This document shows positions 1 to 10,734 of a stretch of DNA of 64,000 nt, piece after piece. Source of the DNA: Takakia lepidozioides. Lineage: Eukaryota; Plantae; Bryophyta. The stretch covers positions 80,166,001 to 80,230,000 of the forward strand of contig CM060732.1 in NCBI GenBank assembly GCA_030704615.1, written 5' to 3'. The first letter of the stretch is position 1. The number at the start of each line of letters is the position of its first letter. A program made the translations under genes and the position numbers. A model generated the notes under the pieces. That model saw nothing but the letters and a program-made list of their open reading frames with translations, searched no databases and was not told the DNA's origin.

Positions 1-300
1 AATACGGCGAGAACGAGGCAAGTGATGCTTGTTTGCTAAACCTGTAGCCCATGGCCAACCAAGGTAGCTGAACCCAATACTCCAACGATAGCCGAAACCC
101 ATAATGGGTAAAGGATGCAATTTGTGGAGTAGGTGCATTGAAATAAGCACCATGCACCTTGCCACTAACTGTTGCACATCCGTGTGCATGCCCCGCCACC
201 AGTACTGTCCTTGCAGCAAACTATGAGTGCGTCGCACCCCAAAATGTCCCAATTCCTCATGGGCATGGTGTACCAATGCGCTCGTTGTGTTGGATGAGGC
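1..300 (-). pseudogene. Integrase fragment: frameshifted HHCC Zn finger, most of the catalytic core deleted
   Basis: Frameshifted reading LVHHAHEELGHFG..RTHSLLQGQYWWRGMHTDVQQLVARCMV, then LHPLPIMGFGYRWS joined almost directly to QLPWLAMGYRFSKQASLASFSPY (late core). Confidence 0.75.
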
Positions 301-587
301 ACAATCCTCATTCGTCCATCCTCCCATACTCGGAGTAGGTGAGTCCCCTCCCACTTGAACTTTTTGGCTCGTTGTAGGATCCGATCTCTCTCCTTAGCAG
401 TCACACTGGCTGTTGTCTCTCCAGTACAAAGGTAGGCCAACACTGCTGCATCTTCATGTTCATCCTTAGCACCACCAAGCTCCTCACTGATCTCCGGATC
501 GTCATGCACACCATCTACATGACCAATGTTATGGGATGGACCAGCTTGAGCTCCCATTGCTAGGATGCACAAAAAGGCAGATGCATG

Positions 588-2144
588 TCATCCTGGCACC
601 ATCTCCTCATCCGTCTCACCATGCCACCGAGCTCCAGTATCATCATGCTCGCTCGTGCATGGATTATGACTCAATCCATCTGCATCCCGATTGACAATAC
701 CGGCTCGATGTACCACCTGAAAGTCGTATTCTTGAAGCATAAGTGCCCACCGTGCAAGCTTCCCTGTAAGCTTGTCTGACTTCATCAACCACTTCAGTGG
801 TTAGTGATCCGTGACAAGGGTGAAGAGATTGCCATAGAGGTAGCATCTGAGATGTGTCACTGCCCATACCGCAGCTAGACACTCCCCTTCATATGAACTA
901 TACTTCGCCTCGGCATCATTGTTTGAGTGGCTAGCATATGCCACTACAAACTCTCTTCCCTCATCATCCATCTGTGTGAGCACTGCTCCAATCCCCAGCA
1001 TACTCCAATCCGTATGTAGTTGGAAAGGCTGCCCCCGAATAGGCCGCCTCAAAATAGGTGCAGAAGTCAATCGAGCCTTGAGTTCCTCAAAGGCTTCCTC
1101 CTGCTCCTCCTCCCACTGCCACTCCTGACCCACCTTGGTCAACTTAATAAGAGCCTTTGCAATGCTGCTAAATCCCTTGACAAACCGTCGATAGTAGTTT
1201 GCCAACCCCATGAAAGCACGAACTCTGCTAACATCTATGGAGCGTGGAATGCGTGCAATGGCCTCCACCTTCATCTTTTGAACACCCAATCCTCTAGGGT
1301 ATATCATGTGGCCCAGATACTCAATCTGGTTGTGGAAGAACTTGCACTTCCCAGGGTGCAATTTCAACCCATGCGCTCTCAAGCGCTCAAACACCACCTG
1401 AAGGTGTCTCTCATGCTCCTCAACCGTGGCACTAAAGACGATGATGTCATCAATGTAACACCGGGCAAAGTCTAGCCCCGCGAGAATCCTATCCATAACC
1501 CTCTGAAACTCTGCAGGAGCATTCTTCAACCCAAATGGTAGGAAGCGCCATCGGTACAAGCAATCTTTCCCATGTTGGTCAATTCTCCAGAATGTCGTCT
1601 TTTACTTGTCAGCCTCTTTGATTGGCAACTGGTGGTAACCGGATCGCAAGTCCAATGTGCTAAACACCTTCGCATGTCCAATGGCATCAAAGATTTCCTC
1701 TGGAGTTGGCATGGCATATCTATCGGACTTAGTCTGACGATTCACAGGACGATAGTCCCCATACATCCTTCTTTCTGTCCAATTGCCATAGATATCCTTC
1801 TTAGCTGACATCACCGTTGCCGAGGCATAATCCCCGCCTGACAACTCCACCAATCCAACTTCGAACAACTCCATAGTCCGTGACTGGATCAATGACCTCT
1901 CCATGTCACTATACCGGTAGGGCCTTCGAAAGATTGGCGTGTCATTTGTCAAATCAATACGAAACTCCTGGCCCTTCAAACTCCCCAAATCCTTCAAACC
2001 GAAGGCAAAGCAATTTCTATAAGCCCTTAGAAATCGCTGGATCCTCCATCTCTCTCCTCCGGTGACTGTAGGTCCAACATCTGGTTCCCAATTGTCCTCA
2101 GTGACTGCAACCTTGGGTACATCAGGCTTGGGGGGAGGAGACAA
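588..2144 (-). pseudogene. Reverse transcriptase + RNase H of the Gypsy pol, with in-frame stops
   Basis: ORFs 1602..2144, 801..1559 and 588..788 share one frame: FSTLDLRSGYHQ, PFGLKNAPAEFQR, YIDDIIV, FMGLANYYRRF, VTDH*PLKW, LARWALMLQEYDF. Confidence 0.95.
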
Positions 2145-2539
2145 ATCCTTTGATTGCTAGATAGCAACCTCTTGGGCCTTGTCCGCCCAATCTGACTGTG
2201 GCGTAGCCTCCACTTGCTCTGCCATAACCACCTTGAGAACATCCTCTGGGGAAGAAACATTCTCAACCTCTTCAAAAACATTGGCCACCTTGGCCTCCAA
2301 CTGATCCTCTGTGTGTGGCTCTCCCCACTCCTCATATTGTTGCTTGAGAGATCCAAGGACTCTATCTTTCTGCATCTCATCCCACATCCGCCATGGGTGT
2401 TTGCACCCCATGATCTTGTGCTCGCCCCCACTCACTGCCTCAACCGTCCCGGTTGGCAGAGGGGATACAATACCAAATGGGAGTGCAGAAGTAGTTACCA
2501 CCATCTGCAACCTCCGTTGCTCAGCCATGCACAAGCCAA

Positions 2540-3490
2540 TGACCCATGTCAAGCAATTTAGATCCATTGCTTGACCCAACACATGTCGGCGTGATGCCTT
2601 TGACAGAGCTGGCACAGCTGTAGTGCCCGTGGCAAATCCCATTGCCCGCTCTCGCTCATCTGCATTGGGCTCCACCAATTGCTGTAGCACACTGTCCCAA
2701 ATCAACCCAGGACCATTGTCTCGAAAAGCATGAGACAAGGGAAAGCTCATGAGCGTAGGCAAGGCCGCACGTGGCTGCCCCACTCGATTTACCACTGCTA
2801 GAGGTGGATGGTCATCATGTCGCACCCTCTGTGGTTGCCTCCCTTGGTCCAAAATGCCTTCAAGTGTGAGATTGGGTGGCCGTTGAATGGAATCGTATGC
2901 TCTCTTGAGCAGCTCTGGTGGTGCAAGATTGGTCCACCACAATCAAGGTTGATGCGCTCGTGATCCCACCGTTGCTGCATCCAATAGCACCGCCGATCCA
3001 ATCCAAGACCGCACCTGATGCACACTGGCCATAACCCTAGCCCGAGAGTCCCCCATAAGAGGAACATTCTCCAAGATATAGGCTAGAGGTTGCACTTGCC
3101 TCGTCTGCAAGTCACGCAACACTCTCAACATCTCCCAAAACAAATGCGATCGTGCATCATGCAAGCCGTTCCCATGACCTGCGGGATAGTGTCCTTGGCA
3201 AGGCCATCTAGCTATCACCAAGTCAATGGCATCATGCCGGTCCAAATCATCCGCTCCCAGCAAGGTAATGTCTGCTGGCAAGGCCTTTTGATACCCTTGA
3301 ATTGCTGAGAGAGGCAACAACTCAGGGTACCGGTGTGTGAGCAAGGCGATGTGGCGCATAGAAATCCGCCGAGCTATCTCATCCTTCTCCACATACAAGT
3401 ACTTGCGTACTTTAATCCCAGCTTGCAAAACTCCTGCAAGCCCAGTGCTCATGCCTCCAAACAGGTCTAACAAACAAATCCCTGAGTCAG
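2540..3490 (-). pseudogene. DNMT3-like C5 cytosine DNA methyltransferase domain embedded in the retrotransposon pol
   Basis: Motif I LLDLFGGMSTG, motif II YVEKD, motif IV DLVIARWPCQG, motif VI YILENV, motif VIII AHQP*LWWTNL, motif IX ERERAMGF, motif X RRHVLGQAMD, in canonical order and in frame with PR and RT. Confidence 0.92.
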
Positions 3491-3849
3491 GTGGTTGCCA
3501 GGTAATGGGCACTATATCCAAAGGAGCTAACTGAGGAAGTCCAGGTGATGTCACTGAACTCCCCTCACTCACCAATGGATATGCCTCCTGCCATGCTTGG
3601 TGCACACACTCGTCTGCTACTCGATGCAAATTCCTAATTATACCCCACAGTGGAATATGAACCGACACATGAGGAAGCAAATCAGCCTTGTATGCCAATT
3701 GTTTGTCCTCAACAGGTGGTGGCCTATCATCTGCATGACTATTGCCCTCCAAGAGCTCACCACCCCAAGCCACCACCCCTGAGAATGCAGCCAATGTGGG
3801 CATCATGTTCCTATGATCCACCACTACATTCCCAATAAACCGCACTGGG

Positions 3850-4213
3850 AGCAGTGCACGTCGACCATCCCCTGACTGCCATTCCGGCCTGTAGGATGTC
3901 GTTTCCTCCCAGAAGTCCAAAGTAAAGCCCATCGGGTATAACACAGCCCCACCAACAAGCGCATCACTCGCGTCCATAACAATGGCTTTAGCTCTCATGA
4001 CAGAGCCATCTGTAGGATGATCTAACTGCAATCGAATGAAGAGCTCATGGCGTGTAATCCCTCGTGCCTTCTCTAAACCGCCCAAAGATGTCAAATGAAT
4101 TTGGAAAGGACAAGGCTCCAAATCCGCCTCTGTAAGGCCCAAGCCTGCAATTGCTGCTCTCCCCAACATCAATGGCTGTGCTCCCGAGTCCAACAAGACC
4201 CGCAGTGGCCTAT
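3850..4213 (-). pseudogene. Retropepsin-like aspartic protease of the Gypsy element
   Basis: RVLLDSGAQPLMLG ... DALVGGAVLYPMGFTLDF in ORF 2943..4241. Confidence 0.8.
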
Positions 4214-5338
4214 CACTAGAAGCATTCGTGTCATTTACCACTGGGGTAACGACTCATTTTGAGTCGTAAAAGTCAAAAAACTGGGATCGACTGGAAGTTA
4301 CAACAGACTAGTTACAACAGACGTGGTAGTTGGGTTGGACATCCAATGATTGGAGTGGTAAAGGACGCAGACGCGCGAACAACTGCTCAGCGATTAATGC
4401 GATTAATGCTGAAGAACCACGTGGCGTAACCAGGCGGGCCGCCCGTGTGTCTGACCTTTTGGGCTGACTTTGACTTTTCCCTCCGGATGAGTGGACTGAC
4501 TCACCCGGGGCGCGGTGACACATGGACGCGGACGTGGATGCGGACGTGGATGCCGATGTGGCGGCGCCGCGACGAGCGGCAATGCTGCCGCGTGGCCACG
4601 GGCCCAAGACGCCACATCGCAGTCGGCCACATCACTTGGAGTGCTGCATGTGACGTCGCAACAGCCACTGGCGAAGTCAACTGCACAACTTCCGGCAGAC
4701 GAATCCACGGGGACCACGTGGAGAGTGTGTGGGTCGACGTGGCGTCGTCCCCACGCAATGGCAGTGACGGGTACGACTGCTAGTGGAAAGACGCAGAGTG
4801 CTTGTGCCATCTCGGGACTGCTTTGGCCAACTCCGCTGCCACTGTGCTAGTTGGTTGCACTACAGTAGGAAAGCACGAAAAATGAGCACTTGTAGTGGTT
4901 TGTGTGAGTTTCCAACTGACCTGCATTCTAAGCTGAAAATATGGTTCTGATGCATTCTACTGGTTTTAGTGGTTCACCCATATGCAGGGGGAATTGAGAA
5001 GCAATGATACTGGGCGAGACTGAGAACACAGACCACGATGCATGCACAACATCACGCTAATGAACCAAATAGACGAGGCAACAGGGAGACCAAAGACCAT
5101 CACACATACACATAGAAGGTGGACGGACACGACGACAAGTCAGGAAATGTGATATTACATTCAAATTAGAGACCGTCACGGCACACCTGCATATGAGCAA
5201 GACTAAATGCCAACATACATGGTTGCCGGACATCACTTAAACTGTCATGGCCCAAATGTTCAAAACTGGTAACGTGAGTATCATACACACTTCTATGAGT
5301 ATCATTACACACCCAACAGGGACTACAAACATGAAATG

Positions 5339-8300
5339 TCACTTGATACTTTCACCTTTCCTCATACTCTTCTCTGGCCACAGAGTCACCGTGCCTTTCA
5401 CGTGCGCTAGTGTGGTCTGGGGGGGGGCATCGTCCACATTTGGGCAAGGCAATGTAACACTTGGAAGCATGATCTCGTGGACTTTCACCTTGTACCACCC
5501 GGATCGAATGTCCTTGCAGTGGAACTTGTCAACCCCGGCTATTCCCACCACTTCCGCCTTGGCGGCGGCTGTCTTTGACCGCTTGTCATGGGGGTTCAGG
5601 AGAAACACAGGATCTGATATCTGCAGACACCAACATCAGGGTCCACTCAGCAACAAACATAGCAATGACAGGGTGAAAGTCAAGCGCAGCTGGGCATGGA
5701 AACGATCTTGGTTGCCACAATACTGAATCAGCAGCCAATTCACGGTGTACCAACGTACCTTGAAGCGAAGCTCGTCGCTGAGGGTGGCAACTGAGGAAAG
5801 CTGCCCACGTGTCTTCAACTGCAGCAGCAAAAAGAGGTTTAGTCAGACGGATAAGAATAACATGAACTCTGGTGGTTGCAATGGTATAAACACACCTCCA
5901 CGGAGCAAGCTAACAAACACCCTGCTCAGACCCTAGCACTACAACTTCCTGGCAAAAATAACCCTACTAAAAACCAGCCAGGCAAAGCAAGGAGCCATGA
6001 ATGCATGCCTGGGGAACCACGTCCTGCTGCGATGATGGTGCCGGGGACAGCCCACTCCTCTTGCTCACCTGCAATGAATACACATTGCAACGCTTCAGGA
6101 AGTGTATCCATAAAGGAAACCAACCAAGTAAGTTTGCGGAGAGGGGCTGGGAACAACCATACCTTGGGCGCTGCCTCCTCATGCCGGGGGGGGAATCCGG
6201 AATGCTGCCGCCGTAGCACTATGGTCGTAGGCGCAGGACCCACCTTCTTCACATTCGACCCCACTGCCACTCCCTGTACATGTGGTCCCTGCAAAACATA
6301 TAGTGCCAGCCTTGCGTGAGAGGGCATCCGGGGGGAACAAAACAAACATGGACTTTGGCTTCGATGTCATGTTGCAAACAGTAAGGTTAGTTTCACCTGC
6401 ATGGGCGCAGAAGTACTTCCCCCAACGACCCCATCCTCTCCCACATTCAAGCTGCCAGTCGGGGTCAGCTTCCGCGTGCTTGTGAAGACACGCACATCCT
6501 TGGAGCAAAACAAATCTTGGCAGTAGGGCCAGACTGTTTCTAAAAGGTAGTCTGAATCGGGCCCCTCACTGACATTGCCAGTGACATCAAACGACAATGG
6601 ATGGACCATGTTCAAAGGGGAGTTCCCCCTCCCCTTGTGTGGTGAATCATCCACTAGGAGGGTGTTGGATTCGTTAAATCCAGAAAATTCCGACCACACC
6701 CTCGACAGTCTCTTCTGTAAGTTCTGTACGGCAGGCCCTTTTGTGGGGTGTGGCTCTGTCAAGGGGTCACACTCCTCTTGTGACCACACAAAGAGGGGAG
6801 AACCCTTGACCCCCTGCATGACCACTTTGAAGATGTCTGCAACATTCCCCTTGGAAGCACAGGACCATATCCCAACGTAGAAATACCGGAAGAGAAGGTT
6901 TAAAAACTCGCAGACCTGGGGCCTTGGGAAAACATACTTGTTGGTGGTCAACACCCATGGCCAATGACGCCTCGGGTTGGGCTGAAAGTTAGGAATAGAG
7001 TGGCACAGGATCCCGTTCAGGTCTAGAACAATTAGTTTCGACTTTTCTATGAAAGGAGCTTTTGAAGGGGTGTCACGGGGTCTCACCTCAGTGGGTTGGG
7101 AGACAACAGTCACCCCGGAGGGCAAAGTTTCGGTCCCCCTGCAGCCTGGACCAGGCAAACTACCACCCTCTCCCCCTACAGCTTCCCCTTTTCCCCCATC
7201 ATGAGCAATGACCCCCCATCGTCCATGTCATCCCCACCAACTTGCTGGACCTCTCCCTCTTCAACGAGTGGACCCTGCCCCCCACTGTGAATATCATCAA
7301 CAACAGCCCGGACCTCTGTCACATCCCTACCCACTACAATTACTTCCTCCTTGTCAGGTACAATGGTCGCAGCAGGGGGGTCTTCCATAATGCCACCCGT
7401 CACACCCCCTTTTTGCCCCATCATGAGTTCCACTATCTTCTTCAGTTGTGCTTCCATTCCCCTCTCCCGCTCCGCAGAGAGAGCCGCAAGCCTCTCCAGG
7501 GCCCCGATGCGGGCTGCCATTGAGTTCCCCGCTCCCTACGCATACAAACACCCACCCGTACTGTTAAAAACCAGAAGAAGAGGCCGAATGTGCAGGATTT
7601 CAGGCATTCGGAGATGGCTAGGTTTGGCATAACACCCCTCGTGTACCATGCGTGGGGGCCCCACATACCCACCAAATCTTAGTACAACAACAGATTCATG
7701 AATGGAAACCGGACTTCAAAACATACCTGGCTCAAAACAGACTCTGATGGGGTGCCAGTCGCAGCGTTCTTGCACTCCGCCCCGAGCTCGGACAGTGACG
7801 GGCTCCGCGCTTTGCGTCTTTTCTGTATTTGCCCATCCACACACTGTCAGTACAAAATGCCAGGAGCATATGGACAAAGCACTGCCCTGCATATCACATA
7901 ACAACTAATTCTGCACAAGCAATAAAACCCACTCGTGGGTGTCTCTTCCATCAGAACATGCCACAACGTAAGAGCAATGAGAAGGGGGTGAGGGAGATTA
8001 CCAAACGGGCTGCTTGGCCTGCAACTCCTGCCCGGCCCCAACGCGAGGGGTTCGTGACACAAGCACGCGCTTGCTTCATCCCTTCAGCCTTTGCAAGTCC
8101 ACGAGGGGACTCCCAGTAGGCAACAAGCTTATCCCAATAGGCGGGTTCAGTGTTCATTGGCCTCACACCAGTCTTCGCCCATTTATCTTTCAGTTTTGCT
8201 CTTTCTCCTTTCATTATCTTCCCACATTGCTTCACTATAAAATCACGATTGGCAGGGATAGGTGTGTACTCGTACATTCCATTTATGCCCTCTATTACTG

Positions 8301-10734
8301 TTGACATGGCACTCTGGGACTGCTGGTCAATGTCTTGTACGCTTGAGTCAAGGTAACGCAATGCCAGGCCACGCAAATCACGCTGCCAGTGTTCCTTACC
8401 TTCGCAGCCAGCATTGATGACTCCATTTCCATGCACCTCCACCTTGTGGCGCTTTAGCCCTGCAGCCACCCTTCCCTCTCCATCTCCTTCCCATTGTTTC
8501 ATGGCATGACGTCGTTCCTTCCTCAGCTCTGATGTCCGTTTCCTGCCCCCATGCTCTGGAGCAGCGCCGTCATACGTTGTGGGGGGTGACTGATGTGTGC
8601 CGGAGGGGGGAGGGCCGTATGGAGATGTGGGAGGCCCCCATTGTGACGTGGCAACATCAGGAAGCCAGCGCCACGACCCCGAAGCAGGGGGGGCTCCCCA
8701 TGGTGCACTCTGTTGTGGAGACCATCCGGCAGGGGGTGGGTGCCAAGGTTGGTGTTGGTTGGCATTGTGTGGTGGCTGTGAGTGCTTTGCTGCAGCTTCA
8801 CTCCCCTTCCGCTGCCAAAAACATCCCACACACAAGGTGCATCAGCTGTAGTCCTACTGAACACAACGTCACCAGAGCACAAACCATCCCACAACCACAA
8901 CTATGGATTGGCTGACCTCAAACCCACTCCCCTGCAGCGCAAGTGCCAAAAACTGAAAAGGAGAGGGACAGAATGTCCTCATAACATGTAAGCCCATTCA
9001 TTGGTGAAGAAACAGAATGTGGGCGGGTTCACATCAGTACCACATGAAACTTACCAGGAAACAGAACATCCATCCGGGTTTTGCACATATCCAGTGGACA
9101 TCTATTCACACAATCAGCAAATGGCTGTATGGCGGAGCCCAGCAACGGAGCCCCAAAAGGCCTAAAGACTCTCAATGTTGGTAAACACAGGTGCAGACAC
9201 AATTCAATTGAAAGGATATTGCAGACCTAGCCTCGTTGGAGTTATCAACGCATATAGCAAATGCGTACTCCAACGCAGGTGCAATGACGTGACAAAGCAA
9301 CATTTCCTTGACCTAAAAACTAGTCCCTCTGCACACAGTGGTAGACCTGAAGGTTTTTCCACGATGTCCTCCCCCATGACACAAATTGAAAACATGTTCA
9401 GGGATGTTTTCTGCCTAACTTCATTTTCTGCCCAATCAGATCTCCTCTACGCTGATGATGTTGCCCTTTTGGCACAATCCCCGGTCTTTCTGCAACGCCA
9501 TATCAAAATTTTGGAACAGTTCTGCAAAGACTATGGGATGCAAGTCAATCTTAGCAAGACCAAGATCATGGTCTTCAATGGCCAGGCTGATCGTAGATTC
9601 ATCTTCAACCAGCAGGAAATTGAGATTGTCAAATCATACCGGTACCTAGGTCTGGTTATCCACTCCCCCAAGTTTCACTTTGCAGCCACTGCCTTGGACA
9701 GATTGACTAAAGGTAAGGCGGCCTCCGTCCGCCTTCACGCCAAATGCAAGCAAATACATCTGCGGCATCCCCCGACCAAAAAGTGGTTGTTTGACACCGT
9801 CGTCAGCCCTGCTACCATCAATGGTTGTGAGTTCTGGGCACCTGGTGTCCCTGTCTCCTGGTGGGAAAAGAATTTGGAACCATTACAGTCATCTTTTCTC
9901 CAAGCAATGCTTGGCGCCAGGAGCACAACTCCATCTCAGATCCTAGGTGCAGAGTTCGCATGTGTACCATTGCAATCCGAGGCACAGTTCAGGCTTACAA
10001 TCTTTCTCCATAGATTGCAGGCCCTTCCACCCAAAGGGCTAGTGGCAAGGGCCCTCACAACATCTATGAGGCTCAAAGCTGCAGGTTTCGGGAACTCCTG
10101 GTATGCTCGAGTGTTTATTGAAACGTAACGGACTTTCTACTGCTTTCCTATTACCAATGAACCCACATGAGGTGGACATCACATCCAGACATGACCGCAA
10201 CAGACTCATTCGGAGAGAGCTTATGGAATTACATGTCAAGAGAACTTGGATGCTACCCAATCTCACAACAAAGCTCCACTTCTATCGAGAGACATTCTTG
10301 GTGCTCCGCGATGATAGAATCTTCAGACCAAATTACCTTTCAGCACCCTTACCTCCTTCCCTCTTGAGGGCATTGGGGCGGTTCAGGGTGGGTTCCCACA
10401 ACCTACGGATAGAGACTGGCAGATGGGAAAACCTGCAACGGGAGGACCGCCTATGTCCAGCTTGCATAGGGCGCAGCAAGGAAATTGAAACTGAAGAACA
10501 CTTCTTCTTCTACTGCCCTGTATACTACGACATCCGTTTGAACAACTTTGTGGATATGTGCATCCCAGTTTCAGTTTCAGGAGAACTCAACGCCCAGAAA
10601 ACAAGAACACAAGTAGGGGTAGAACTCACCTCATGCGCAGCGGTTTTGTGCCGTTTGCGCACCTTTTGGAGAGACTCTGCAGATGGAGGTGCAATTTCCT
10701 CCGAACTGTCCTCCACCTCATCGTCGTGGGCCAT
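5339..10734 (-). CDS. CACTA TnpA-like (Ptta/En/Spm- and TNP1-like) multi-exon gene containing an FCP1/NIF phosphatase domain; at least one frameshift
   Basis: Probable first exon MAHDDEVEDS..AAHE|gtgagt (10734..10630). ORF 7951..8835 reads YWDKLVAYWESP..KAEGMKQAR..NPSRWGRAG. Terminal exon 5339..5620 reads AEVVGIAG..FHCKDIRSGWYKVKVHEI..LPCP..VTLWPEK. GT-AG bounded small exons lie between. Confidence 0.7.
6480..7045 (-). CDS. FCP1/SCP-like (NIF) HAD-superfamily phosphatase domain
   Basis: KLIVLDLNGILCH, FPRPQVCEFL..LF..FYVGIWSCA, LFVWSQEEC, KRLSRVW, NTLLVDDSPHK in ORF 6367..7158. Confidence 0.85.
9240..9440 (-). mobile_element. Inverted fragment of a second LINE family (same family as 22610..23330)
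   Basis: The reverse complement GAAAATGAAGTTAGGCAGAAAACATCCCTGAACATG..CATGGGGGAGGACATC closely matches 22771..22840. Confidence 0.7.
9441..10540 (+). mobile_element. Non-LTR retrotransposon (LINE) fragment: RT C-terminal half and C-terminal Zn-finger region, frameshifted
   Basis: LLYADDVALLA, VNLSKTKIMVF, YRYLGL, then RFRVGSHNLRIETGRW..RLCPAC..ETEEHFFFYCPVYYDIR. Confidence 0.9.

Noticed and set aside
2540-3490. Bacterial restriction-modification methylase or contamination
   Set aside because: It is in frame with retrotransposon protease and RT, has DNMT3-like motifs, and is contiguous with intron-containing plant genes.
4308-4850. Several overlapping ORFs here, and likewise at 27664..28547
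   Set aside because: GC-rich subterminal repeat regions of CACTA elements have few stop codons by composition.
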